This document shows, piece by piece, positions 25,081 through 37,747 of a DNA stretch of 64,000 nt; within the stretch, counting starts at the first letter, position 1; each line of letters opens with the position of its first letter. The stretch is from Eledone cirrhosa. Lineage: Eukaryota. The notes below the pieces were generated by a model that saw only the letters and a list, made by a program, of their open reading frames with translations, did not search any database and was not told where the DNA came from. The stretch is taken from contig CAXHJY010001298.1 in the NCBI GenBank assembly GCA_964016885.1, positions 1-64,000 of the forward strand, in the 5' to 3' direction. Position numbers and translations under genes: made by a program.

Positions 25081-26010
25081 TGTACATATATTACAAAAAT
25101 ACTTTATGGGTGTCGGGTAATAGTAATTACTTTTTTTTAATATATCACCCTTAAGAAATAATTTTTATGTCAAGTTTTATGAAATCTTAAGAAAATCATG
25201 GCTAAGAGAAGTAACAACGTTTGAAATATTTTGTATATTTAATGGTGTTGCTCTATCTACATTGCCTCCCCATAAACCACAGTTTTTTTTAAAACTTCAC
25301 ATTATACAACATTACTACTAACAACTACCCCCCTTTTTTTGGTTAAATTTCAAGTGGAATGTAGATCTAATTCTTGCATTTCATTTGTCTTTTTTTTTTT
25401 TTTCCTCCTAAGAACATTTTATTTATTATTCTTCTAAAATTGGAATTTTTGCCATAAAAAAAAAAAAAAAATAACAACAAAAAAAACAACATACAATTAA
25501 AACCCAGCATTTTACACTCATCAATTAAGTATATAATACAGACTTTGGTATTTCTGATTGTAGCAGTTTATTTTATTTTTCCCCCCCCCTCGACATTTTC
25601 ACTGCTTTACTTTTAAAATGAATTCCATTTTCTTCCTGAGTGTTTTTTTTTTTTCTTACAATTAATTATTGATATCTTTGTTTGCACATAATCATTATTT
25701 TAGTATTTTTATCATATTTTTGGTGGGGGAGATTTTGTAGATTTTCATTTGTAGGTTTTACAAACACACAGGCACCTACACAAACATATATTCACACATA
25801 CACACACTCTTAAACACAAATATAAGAGAAAGAGAGGGAGCAGAGGTTGCAGTTGAATGGAGGTGACCTTTTTTTAAAATATGACCTCATCAAGCGTATT
25901 TCTTAGCTGTAAATATAACTACTTTGTGGAGTATTGTTGCAAAAAATACTTACATTTGTTTATTGCATTTTTCTGCTGTGCAGAAATAAAAGTCAAAATA
26001 TCAAAATATA
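23495..26010 (+). promoter_or_regulatory. Putative 3' UTR of KMT2C/D with candidate polyadenylation signal AATAAA at 25985-25990
   Basis: AT-rich sequence after the stop; AATAAA followed by a T-rich tract. Several other AATAAA hexamers exist, so the 3' end is uncertain. Confidence 0.3.
24172..24481 (+). mobile_element. tRNA-derived SINE in the putative 3' UTR
   Basis: TGGTATAGTGGTTAGG...TTTGATTCC head, CCTTGAGCAAGACACTT motif as in the 7785 copy, (AAC)n tail. Confidence 0.7.
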
Positions 26011-26759
26011 ACACCTAATTGCTCTGTTATGAAATTCAATTTAGTTTTCTCTCCATTTTGGCTTACATCTTTATCACACTTTTTACTCATTCCTCTTCTC
26101 GGCCCATTAATACATTTTTTCACCTACATCTCTCTTTCTTTTTTAAAAAAAAAGCGCATATTAATTAAAATAAACATTTTTTTATAATCATATCATTATA
26201 TATAATTTTCCTTCATAATCATGTGAAAAAAAAGAAAGAAAAAATTATCCTCTTTTAAAATAAATTAATGTAAAAAAACCACAAAAAATTTGAAGATAGA
26301 ATTACTTTTGAGAAATTAATTTAGCAAATGTTAACAAATGGTGATAATTTGAACAGAGAGAAATTATCAAACATTGATATATATTTTGATTGAGATTTTT
26401 TTTTTTATTGTTGACTTTTAATACTTTCTTTTTTTTTCTTCTTTTTAGTCTTTCATACCTTTTCTCTCTCTCCTAGAAATATACATTGTATCAATCTCTT
26501 TTGACAGTTGTATTTCTAAATGATTTCTCACAAATGTGATGTCAACTTTCTAGTTGAAAAACTAACTATTGTTAATAAATTTTTAGTGATAAAGACTTTC
26601 AGAATTAAGATTTAGTGTTTGTTTTATATTTTCAATTTGTATTATTTATATATTTTTTTAATTCCAGCTAAATAATACATCATATCTTTGTCAGAACATT
26701 ATTGTTATAATGTTCATTATAATTCTGATTTGTAGTTAATTTCATTTTGTTATGTAACA

Positions 26760-27125
26760 GAGATATTGCTACCTATCTCTTACCATTAAGTACTCTTATT
26801 AAGTAACTCCTAGAGATATTATTATCACTAACCATTAAGTTCCCCCTACAGATATTACTAGCTATCACTAACTATTAACCTTTTGGATGCTCCAGGCACA
26901 TTAAGTTGCTGATAGAGTAATCTCCCCTTAATACACAATGTAGTGTCAAGGGAACCAATTCATAAAAATTTCCAGTGTGTTAAATGTTAAGTACCTCCTA
27001 GAGATATTACTATCATTAGCTATTAAATATCCCCTAGAGGTATTGGTAGCTATTACTAACCATTATATCATTGCTTGCTATTAAGCACCCGCTAGAAACA
27101 TTGCTCACTATCACTGTTAAGTATT
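26760..27125. repeat. Degenerate ~40-bp minisatellite interrupted by a ~108-bp TTAA-flanked insert (26879-26986)
   Basis: Recurring AGAGATATTACTA(GCTA)TCACTAACCATTAAGTxCCCCT; array resumes after a duplicated TTAA. Confidence 0.6.
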
Positions 27126-27890
27126 CTTGAGAAAAACTGTGAAGATGATTAGCCTTTTAGTTAGAGTGTTGGTCTCATGATCACTGTGTCATGGGTTTGA
27201 TTCTGGGACTAGGTAGCATATTATGTTCTTGTATTTTGAGTTCAAATCCTGCTTAGGTCGACTATGCCTTTCCTACATTCAGGGGTCAATAAACAAACTA
27301 ACCAGTCCAGAGCTGGTGGTTTTTGTTAAAGAGCTGAATTGAGTGCTTTCTGGTGGTATTTGTTCCAGCTCTATGCGTCCTGAGGTCAAATCCCACCTCC
27401 TGTCACTGGAAAAGTGATGACATAACACTTCTGCCAGGAGCTGCAACCAGCAGATAGTTCCAGCAATGGAAAAATAAATGGAAACATAGTTTTCCTGGTT
27501 TAATCAAATGATCAACTTTTTTCCATTTTTTTCCTTTACTTTCTGTGCAAATCTTGAAGAAAGAAATTATTTGAATCATTCCTACGGATGAAGCTGAAAT
27601 TTGTGAAAGGTAGAAGCATTCTCAATATAAATGTATACTGCATTATTTCCTATATTCAGTATATACATTATTACATTTTAAAAAGAATACTTTATAAATA
27701 TGTACATAATATTGAAAACAGAAGAAGAAAACAAATGTCGCAATTGGGTTGTGTGATAATTTATATTTACCACTTAATCATTTTGTTGCCATATTTCTAA
27801 TGTAAAACAGCCTATAATTTTCAAATAAATTTGAACTTTGGAAGGTTTTTTTTAAAATCAAACTTATCTCTATTTATAAGATTTATTTAA

Positions 27891-28725
27891 CCCTTTTGAT
27901 ACCAAATCACAACTGTCCCTGGATTTTATTTTACACACACACATCATAATCATCATCATCATTGTTTAACATCTGATCTTCCTGCTAGCAAGGGTTGGAC
28001 AGGTCTACATAGACCAAGTCAATACTGAAGCAGGGTTACTGACTTTCCAGACAAGCTGGTGGGTCTGCATCCCGCATACATATGGTCATGTTGTATCACA
28101 TGCACAGGAGAGGTTGTCATGTTTTTTGACTCAAAATGAAAAGTCCCTCCCAATTCTTTGATTGGCAAGCATTCTGCAGCTGAGTGCTTTTATCATGTAG
28201 ATCACCAACACTTGGAAGGTTATGTTCTTGACACAATCGAAGGGTTCTCCCAACTCTTTGTATGGCAAGCTTTCTATGATTGGATGTCTTTCCTATTACC
28301 AACCACTTTACAGTGTGTACTGGGTGCATTTCTCATGAAGATCACAAACACTAGAGAGATTGTTATGCCTTTAACACAACTGAAAGGTTCACTGAACCCT
28401 TTTAGGCATGGTTTCTACAGCAGGGTACCCTTCCTGTTGCCAACCATCCTTACGGAGTGTACTGGGTGCATTTTCGTGGCATCGTCATTATATATATACA
28501 TATATAAGAATTTGTTTTAAAGTGTTCATATATAATATTTAGAGTTTCCAATATAACTTTATGCAAGAATCTTTTCTTAAGTTATTCTCTAAATGAACCT
28601 AATAAACAACTTAATAAACGAGAAAGTTTGCTATTTTACTACATTAAAAACATTTTTTGATTATTCCCCAAATAAAATAAAAACTACAAGCAGTGTATTT
28701 TATAAAAAATATGGTAATGAAAAGG
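27891..28725. mobile_element. piggyBac-type MITE (family A, reverse orientation) interrupted by RTE-tail-derived SINE sequence (~27940-28490)
   Basis: TTAA-CCCTTTTGATACCA left end; TGGTAATGAAAAGG-TTAA right end; internal (CAT)n-headed insert. Confidence 0.6.
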
Positions 28726-29189
28726 TTAAAGCAGGGCATTGAAACATTAATTTTCAGAAACTATTTAGTTCACATATTTTTTTTCTGGTGTGGTTGGGAA
28801 CCTATTTTACCATTCTCAATAGATTTCTACATATTTTAATAATTTAATTATTTAAATAAATCTAAATTGAATATAAGTATTGAAAATAAATTGGTATTTT
28901 TTTGGTGGGGGGAAGAATTATTGTTTGTAAATAAATAATTATTATTTCTATCTGTGTACACATTTTATGAAGACATTAAAAAAAACTATTACTAATTATA
29001 AAATTCTGTTAACTCTGACATTGTTTCTGGAATATTAAGTAAGAAAGAAAAACTGGTTTACGATATTCAGAGAAATATTTAAAATAATACACAAATGTTT
29101 GACTTGATACTTTCAAGTTATTCTATAAGTTTACATTATATAAGTTATGTAGCAAGGGGAATAACAAAGTGTTCATAACGCTATGATCA

Positions 29190-29770
29190 AGAGAAAGGCA
29201 GGGAATACGAAAGCCGGAGGAAAGGAACACGATTCAGGTTTGTGGGAGAGGTAGAGAAGCCACCTAAACAACATGTGGCCTGCTACAAATGGTCCACTCG
29301 TGGTATTGAGGGTTGACGGGTGAATCATTGCAGTTTTGTTCTGGTTGTTCAAATAACCCTGAAGCCAGATGTTCTGTGATCTGAAAAGTGAAAAAGATAA
29401 TCCTGATTGAATTCACATTCCCAGAGGAAGAGTGTAGCTATCCCTTGGGCAGGGAGAAGAGATGCCAGGTGTGGCTATTTCTAGTTGAGGTGGGCTGCAA
29501 GGGATTCCTAGCTCAATCAGTATGGAGAATGTTCACTGCCATTGGAATGACCGGAAAAGAGAAGGTAGCAGCTCACAGAATGGGGAGCAGGAGAGGAAAT
29601 AAGCCTGAAACCACGAGGCGTAAATAAGCAGTGATTTTGTCGCTATTGCTGACCCACTAACAAGAGGGTGTTGCGCCAACAAGGTCGAAACACCCAATGA
29701 ACGTTGGACACTGTCCGATGACGTGACCTTTCTGGTTAAGGCTGTATTCACCGAAGGTGAATGAATATGA
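29190..29770 (+). mobile_element. Degenerate 3' end of a restriction-like-endonuclease non-LTR retrotransposon (HERO-like)
   Basis: TLKPDVL*SEK..KIILIEFTFPEE ... LVEVGCKGFLAQSV matches the RPD..ELTVPWE...EVGCRGF REL endonuclease signature; followed by 3' UTR. Confidence 0.75.
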
Positions 29771-30754
29771 GGCATCTTGAAGATGTAATTATGCTGATCC
29801 TTATAGAAAGGGGAGCAACTCACATATTTCCATTAGAAAGGGAAGTAATAAAAAAAAAATCGAAGACGTGAATTAAATAAATCGGTAAACTAAAAAAGAA
29901 GTTTGAATACATATAGTTTCAGGCAGTGTAGAACCCTGTCTCGCGCACACTCATATATGGGGGAGTCTAAATATATATATCAGCATACATACACACACTC
30001 TAATACTTGTTTATAAATACACACACACATTTATATTACACGCACACGTGTTTCTAAACATTCGCATAAACATGCATATACACACTAAGACATGTTTCAT
30101 CATCATCATCATCATCGTTTAACGTCTATCTTCCATCCACGCTAGCATGGGTTAGACGGGAATTGTCCCATTTGAGGCAAGATTGATCGGATGACCGTGT
30201 CTCGCTCGTTTATAAATACTTGAAAATACACGGAACACATAAAACAGTCCATTATCTGGAAAGCTCTCTCCGCAGGTGAACGCGCTTACACAAGCATGTA
30301 AGCACACACACACACACACACTATATATATACCCTTTTTTCCTCACTCGCATGAAGTCGCAAAATCATATTCTTATGGGAAAAATTATGGGTTCTGTCTA
30401 TAATACACGATGAGCTATACCTGTAATTCAAAGGGCCAGGCTTGTCATACAGTGAGCCAGCTACCGCTACGTATGCAAATGAGCTTCATCAGCTCATATA
30501 CACAAGCGAGAAATCTATAAGATTCTAGCTTATTTTTATCCCAGGAGAAGAAAGGTATACGTAACCTTGACAACCGCCAAAAAGCGAGAATCAACATTGT
30601 CGACTGCTTGCCTTTGCTTTTGCTGAGACTAAGGATGTGATCGTGGTCACAACCTTAAAAATTCATAGCGAAAAGCTATGTTTTTCATGAAACATCTCGC
30701 ATATTATTCGATATACAGCACGTATATACATGTGTATAACACTATATTGGAACA

Positions 30755-30793
<39 letters not shown>

Positions 30794-30916
30794 GGTGTGG
30801 GATGCTTAAAGCGTCCGTATGCGGTAGGCCGTTTGAGCACCCGATGCTCTTACAGAGCAGAGTATAATATCACATAAGAAACGGAGAATCAGTGGTGCGA
30901 CTAATTAAAATTTATT

Positions 30917-31010
30917 AGACATACAATCGTTTCTCTGGCGACCAGCTTGAGGCACAATCGATGCGAGGATAGAACCTGACTCTGAAATCTCAAGATCCTC
31001 AGATACGTCT
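30917..31010 (-). ncRNA. Type I hammerhead ribozyme motif with ~62-nt expanded helix II
   Basis: Minus strand AGACGTAT-CTGAGGA-TCT...AGA-GAAA-CGA-TT-GTATGTCT; helix I 8 bp with two GU pairs; helix III imperfect; AATAAA immediately 3'. Confidence 0.6.
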
Positions 31011-31709
31011 CGATCTTTCGAAGCAGAGTTTCCAAATGGAAACTCTGCTTTTAATTTTAATTCGTCGCACCACTGATTCTCCGTTTATTATGTGATTATA
31101 TATATATAAGAACAAAATAAGGTTTCGCGTTGAGGTTTTATTTTTTAGGCTCAGTTTTGAACGCTTCACCTATCTGTGAGTGAAACGTTCGTAACTGAGC
31201 CGAATCAATAAAAATATCAATGTGAGACCTCATTTTGTTCTTTATATATCTAATCTAATCTGGCCGAGTAAATAAGAACCAGGGCCGCCCCTAGTAGCAT
31301 TGGATTTGGTGTACTTCATATTTGTTTCGGTTGCTGAATATAACCAGGGATCGCTGCTTCTCCTGAAGGTCAATAGTTCTCTTCTAACTCGAGCGGGAGC
31401 GCCTTTCAATTGTCAATTTACATTGATCATCTGCAAAGCCACATTGTTCTCAGAACCACTAAACCAGTCTTTTGATGCGTGCAGCTGGAACTACTGCCAT
31501 CCATTGTTTTGGCAGGATTTCTATTTTAGATGGCCGTTGACACTTTGTCAGGTTTTGTTTTTTCTCCTGCAGGGTGTCCAAAATCACCCTCCCTACCAAG
31601 TAAACTTGGTGGAACTACCGGTTTAGTCGCCGACAACCCAACCATATATACACTCTGCTATAGCATAGATTGGTACCTTCCTCAGTAAACTATGAATCTA
31701 ATGAATTAC

Positions 31710-31764
<55 letters not shown>

Positions 31765-32045
31765 AAAATTAAGATAAATCAAAATGAATTTAATCTAAAT
31801 CAAAATTATGGGTGTCATGCCAGAAAGACATGCGCCATATCACCCGCAAAATAAGCTCTAAAATTCTAACGAATAGGTCCGAGCATTTTATAATAACTAG
31901 AAATTGATTAACATATAAATAAACATGAATAATCACAGGAGATAATTTTTACAAGTGTGTAAGCACACATAGCTCGGTATGTAACTAAATAAAGTTAACC
32001 AGAACTTCAAAAATAGATAACTTATATATAGATATATATATATAA

Positions 32046-32240
32046 AATTGTTTCTACTTTTGGCACAAGGCCAGCAATAACCCAGTGTATTACTGGTACT
32101 TTATTTTATCGACCCCGTAAGGATGAAAGGCAAAGTTAACCTCGGCGGGATTTGAACTCAGTCCGTAAAGGGACGTAACTATATATTGTTCTACTTTTGG
32201 CACAAGGCCAGCAAATATTATCGACCCCGTAAGGATAATG
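32046..32240 (-). mobile_element. SINE family copy (CTGAGTTCAAATCCCGCCGAGGTTAACTTTGCCTTTCATCCTTACGGGGTCGATAAAATAAAGTACCAG) plus partial duplicate
   Basis: B-box-like GTTCAAATCC; near-identical copies at 33590-33780, 33782-33965, 35228-35410, 38001-38175; older copies at ~8690, 15360-16150, 18300-18460, 34940-35120. Confidence 0.8.
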
Positions 32241-32536
32241 TTGAGAAGTGACACACGAGTTGATATATATATATTACGAAAATAAGAAAAAAGTAGAAAA
32301 TGCTAATAGAATTTTCTCATAAAAAACAGAAAATCATTTTTTTAAAAAACAATTTTTAGTATCGGTTTCAGTCAATAAAAATTTCGACTTCTACAGGAAA
32401 CATGATAAAAAGTATATAATAAAGTTAAGGTGTATATTAATTAGAAGAGGATAATAGAGAACATAGTTTACATATATATAACAGTTCTGCCTTAGGCATT
32501 TAAACTCGGTGGAGCCCATTCCCCACTAGATTTGAA

Positions 32537-32626
32537 GGGAGAGAGTGTGTGTGTGTGTGAGAGAGAGAGAGTGTGTGAGAGGGAGAGTGTGTGTGTGTGA
32601 GAGAGAGAGACAGAGTGTGTGAGAGG

Positions 32627-32657
<31 letters not shown>

Positions 32658-32757
32658 TGTGTGAGAGGGAGAGTGTGTGTGTGAGAGAGACTGAGAGAGA
32701 GTGTGTGTGTATGTGTGTGAGAGACTGAGAGTGTGTGTGTGTGTGTATATGAGAGAG

Positions 32758-32801
<44 letters not shown>

Positions 32802-32815
32802 TGTGTGAGAGAGAT
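32537..32815. repeat. Compound (GA)n/(GT)n microsatellite
   Basis: Direct reading. Confidence 0.95.
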
Positions 32816-34706
32816 TCTATCCCAGCATTAGACAAGTACTTATATTTATCGATTTCAAAAGGATGAAAAACAAAGCTGATATCGGTGGGATTTGAAATGA
32901 GAGCGCAGAAAGCCAAATACTCCACTGTAAATAATTCTATCCTGCGTTCTAACGATTCTGCAAATTCACCAACTTCTTCAGTAACATCTGACCAAAAATA
33001 GAGGAATGTCGTCCTTACGAAACAACGGTCTGGAAGTTTACTCGGTTTATAATACCAAGTTTAGCATTCAACGTATACTTTTGATGAATAACTTTCTCGA
33101 CCGAATAACGTCGTGACACTATTGCTTTATTAAACATGAAATAAATACTTGTGTGGTTCTACACAACAATAACCTCAGAAATTGAATAATATCTTACATT
33201 CTTGACATTTTCTTTTTCTCTGCTATTTACATTGCTTTAACATAATGTAGTTCATTTTTTTGTTTGTTTTAAACAGAAAAATATGACCGATTTGTTTAGT
33301 AAATCTTTATTGAATTTATCTAATCAATATCCTGGCTTTTTGTTCCATCTTTCTATACTATATATTGTACTAATTTAGAACCATTGTTTTTATTTAATCT
33401 ATTCGTACTTTATAGTACTAATGCAGAGTTTGTCGTTAATCTAGAAAACTATATTGTGTCGTATTTTTGAATAACTACGATATTCCCGAGCCAACCAAAC
33501 TATCCTGTGTAAATTCAATTACTATACACACTGGATATATATTTTCTTCTTAAGGCAATGTTCTAAATGGCTATATCTTGTCAATATATAATTGTTTCTA
33601 CTTTTGGCACAAGGCCAGCAATTATCGCAGTGCATTACTGGTACTTTATTTTATCGACGCCGTGAGGCAAAGTTAACCTCGACGGGATTTGAACTCAGAT
33701 TCAGATCGTAAAGGGACGTAACTATGCTAGAAAGCATGGCGTGCGACCCTCTACCGTTACTACCAATCCACCACCAATATACAATTGTTTCTACTTTTTG
33801 GCACAAGACTAGTAATTACCCAGTACATTACTGGTACTTTATTTTATCGACCCCGTAAGGATGAAAGGCAAAGTTGACCTCGGCGGGATTTGAACTCAGA
33901 ATGGAAAGAGCCGTAACTCTATGCGTCAAAGCATGACGTCCGACCCTCTACCGATACTGCCAATGATTGTACTGTTATACAGAGTCGGCACCTGGGTATT
34001 TAGCACCATCGGCTACCCCTACAATGTGAACCCCCTTCTCTCAGTTATGCGCCCAATTCTCCCAAATGAAATAATTTTGATTTACAGTTTGGTAAATTAA
34101 CAAACCTAGCTTTTGACACTTCTTGCTCTGACCACACTAACAAAATTACTAAGTCAACATTTTCACTACACAGTCTACAGTTACCCACGGCCAATGCCGG
34201 ATTTACCATTATCCTTAGGTGTGCTTAAGCACAGGACCCCGTTGGACGTGGGGTGGGGGAGGGATGGGGCACATCTTCCTGCTCCAAAAAGTTTTACGAT
34301 GAATTTTTCAAATGTTTGGGGCCTCAAGATTTAACTAGTTCAGGGCCTCATGTGTCCTAAAATCGACACTGACCACGCCAAATCATGTGACAGGTTATAA
34401 CAACACACGGCCCTATCCAACGTTTTGGATATTTCCACAACGCTTTTACGCGGCAAAAATATTTAGCGATTTCTCTTTTGATCACAGGAAATTATTATTT
34501 ATCTAATTTTGTTTAAAATTGCGATCCTTTAAGTTCAGTAATGCACCTCTTTGAAGCCTGGGGTCTAGACAGCTGCCTAGTTGGCCTTAATGGTAGCGCT
34601 GGTCCCGCTTGTACATAGAATAAATAATGCTGAAACCAACATGATGTGTACTCCAACTCCCGATCTAAAGGACAAGATCAAAAGGTTTTAGTTTTATTAA
34701 ACGTAA

Positions 34707-34915
34707 CCTAATACTAAACCAGACTTAATACCAAACCAGACCTACTACCAAACCAGACCTACTACTAAACCAGACCTAATACTAAACCAGACCTAATACC
34801 AAACCAGACCTAATACTAAACCAAACCTAATACTAAACCAGACCTAATACCAAACCAGACCTAATACTAAACCAGACCTAATACTAAACTAGACCTACTA
34901 ACTACTAAACTAGAC
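34707..34915. repeat. 17-bp minisatellite, ~12 copies
   Basis: Unit CCTAATACTAAACCAGA with few substitutions. Confidence 0.9.
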
Positions 34916-35999
34916 TTCGGAATCCAGATCTAATATACAAAATACTTTTCAGTATTTGTTCCATCTCTCTATATTCTGAGTTTAAATCTTGTCGAGGTTA
35001 ACTTCACCTTGCATCTTTCTTGGGTTGATCAAATAAAGTAGCAGCCAAGTACTGGAGTCGATTTAATCCACTTACCCCTCCTCTCTAAATTGTTGGCCAT
35101 GCGTTTAAACCTAGAAACCGTTATTTCAGTAGAGACATTGATATAATGAAGAAGAGTGAAAGCATCTTATTGTGTACACTACAGAGTATTAAGTACAGTT
35201 TTTGCCGACTGTACCACTTTTATCACATAATTGTTTCTACTTTTGGCACAAGGCGAGCAATTACCCAGTGCATTACTGGTACTTTATTTTATCGACCCCG
35301 TAAGGATGAAAGGCAAAGTTAACCTCGGCCGGATTTGAACTCAGAATGGCAACGGCCATAACTCTATGCTAGAAAGCATGGCGTCCGACCCTCTGCCGAT
35401 ACTGCCAACATAATGAGCAATAGCAGTGTTTTGACTTAGCACAAGACCAGCATTTTCAGCTGAAGCTGTTTTTATGGCCCGCACTTACGTAGGTTTTGTC
35501 GGCCTCCTCTGAGGTAGCTTCTCAGAAGGTAATTTAAGTGTTTTAATGATAGGCCCTCCAGTCATTTTTCTGGTGACAGGGGGTGGGATTTCAACCCAGA
35601 ACGTGTAGAGCCGAAAAGAATACTGCAAAGTATCTTGCCCAACATCCTAACAATTCTGCCAATCAATCACCCATTGATGGATACTTTATCGACTCTGAAA
35701 GAGTGAATGTCATAATTAATTTCGGTGTGATTTCAATTCAACAGAAAGTCGGATTAAATGCATTTAATCTGACGCTTTAGTAACTCGGCCAATTTGCCGC
35801 CTTTGTAGTGGCGGGGAACTTATAATAGTTATGTCTATGTAAACATACATTATATGGGGGCAATGTTTAATTATGTCTACGTACGTACAATGTAAGACAG
35901 CAAATTAGCAGAGTTGTTAGAGCGTTGGATGGCGTAATGTTACTCCAATGTGATTGCGTTTTTCATAGGGGGGGGGGGGGGAGTTGATGAGGGGGCACC

Positions 36000-36640
36000 G
36001 AATTGAACTATTCGCTGCTGTTTGGCTGCGAGCCAAAACGGAGGCAGGCGAGACCAATGAAGACTCGAGCCGCATTTCGAGTTGACCTGCATTTCATGTC
36101 ACCCCAGTTGGTATTTTGCATAATAGGGAACAGTGAGGCCATTACAAACCCCAATAATTAGAGCTGGCTCGAGCTTCCGATCTATATTTGGTTCTGACGT
36201 CTTGCAGAGAAACTCGCTGATGAATGAGCGACTGAAGATGATAGTTGATAGATAGCAAGTAGGTCAGCAGTGCACGGAAACCTAGGCTACCGAACCTCAA
36301 GAGGAGTTTCACTTGTTGCCATCTGGTGGCGTCGACATTAAGGAAGCAGGTGAGTTCATTGCAGTGATAGATGATGGCGTCAAGTTTCGTGAGGTGTCCC
36401 GTCTGAGGATGATAAGACGCACCGTGCAGCGTGAAGGGGTGTTTGTGGAGGGCAAAGCAGTTCCTCAGGAGGATGAGCGCAGTATACGCATCGATGCAGC
36501 GCAGTATGTCTATCGTTAGGTCAGCTTGTCTGGCCGCCAAGTACTTTCGTATGGCTTTCGAGGGAATTGGACAGCCGAAGATGCAGGCAGCGTCCCACGG
36601 AATTAGAAGTAACCTAGTCAGAATGGATTGAATGTTCAAT
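36000..36640 (-). mobile_element. Degenerate CRE-clade-like non-LTR retrotransposon fragment (RT thumb region)
   Basis: ORF 36142..36639 ALILLRNCFALHK...RWQQVKLLLRFGSLGFR resembles ALxLLRxCxxxPKL...WxQAxLPVRxGGLGLR; locally GC-rich. Confidence 0.6.
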
Positions 36641-36861
36641 AAGACGCCGAGTTTTGCCGTGACTCACATTTATCAATATCGTGTCTGAGATAGGGCTGGG
36701 ATGATTTTCTGAAGATCAAACTATAATTGAAGCAATTAAAGAGGTTTAACAATTCCAGACTTAATTTCCTCCTGTTATGTAATCAGAAACAGAATTTGAT
36801 TGTATTCCAAGTTGATTCCTTGATTTTCTGGTTTGCCAAGATGATAGAATGATAATTATTT

Positions 36862-36862
<1 letters not shown>

Positions 36863-36921
<59 letters not shown>

Positions 36922-37392
36922 TCACACATACTCACACACATACTCACTCACACAGACACACACACACACATACACATACACACACATACTCACACACACA
37001 CAGACACACACACAAGCAGACAGACAGACACACACACACATTCCAGGTTGAACTTAGAAGCAAAAAGAAATAAAAAACAAATAAACTAAGAAAGAATATG
37101 TAAACAAGAAGTGTTTATTTCTGTTGTAAAGAATTCTAATTATTGTTGTAAGTAAACTAATTGTGAAAGTAATAGAAATATTTTTATGATGCAGTTTATA
37201 GTGTGTGTGTGTATATATATAAGTGTGTGTCTATATATAAGTGTGTGTGTGTGTGCGTGTGTGTGTGTGTATGTGTCTATATATAAGTGTGTGTATGTAT
37301 GTATGTGTGTGTGTTTGTATGTATATGTGTGTCTATATATAAGTGTGTGTGTGTATGTATGTGTGTGTGTGTATGTGTGTGTGTCTATATAT

Positions 37393-37440
<48 letters not shown>

Positions 37441-37665
37441 GTGTATGTATGTATGTGTGTGTGTGTCTATAAAAACAATCCCACCCTTATCCACGACATT
37501 GCACTGTCCAGGGCTGACAAGAAAGTCAGATGCTTTTGTGTTTATCCCACGTGTTTGCAGCTTTCTGTGCAAGTTTGCCATCTTTCTCCCCCCCTCTCTC
37601 TCTCTCTCTCTCTCCCCCCTCTCTCTCTCATATATATATATATACACACACATACATATACATGA
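36863..37665. repeat. Opposed (CA)n-rich and (TG)n-rich compound microsatellites
   Basis: (CA)n at 36863-37040, (TG/TA)n at 37200-37470, (CT)n/(TA)n at 37590-37660. Confidence 0.9.
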
Positions 37666-37747
37666 ATGGACCTCTTATTTTTATCTAAAGACATTTTTTC
37701 CAATTCCAACCCGCCCGTCCACTCAATCTATTTTATTTCTCATTCTT

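Noticed and set aside
34707-34915. Interstitial telomeric repeat
   Set aside because: The unit is 17 bp and contains no tandem CCCTAA; the resemblance is compositional only.
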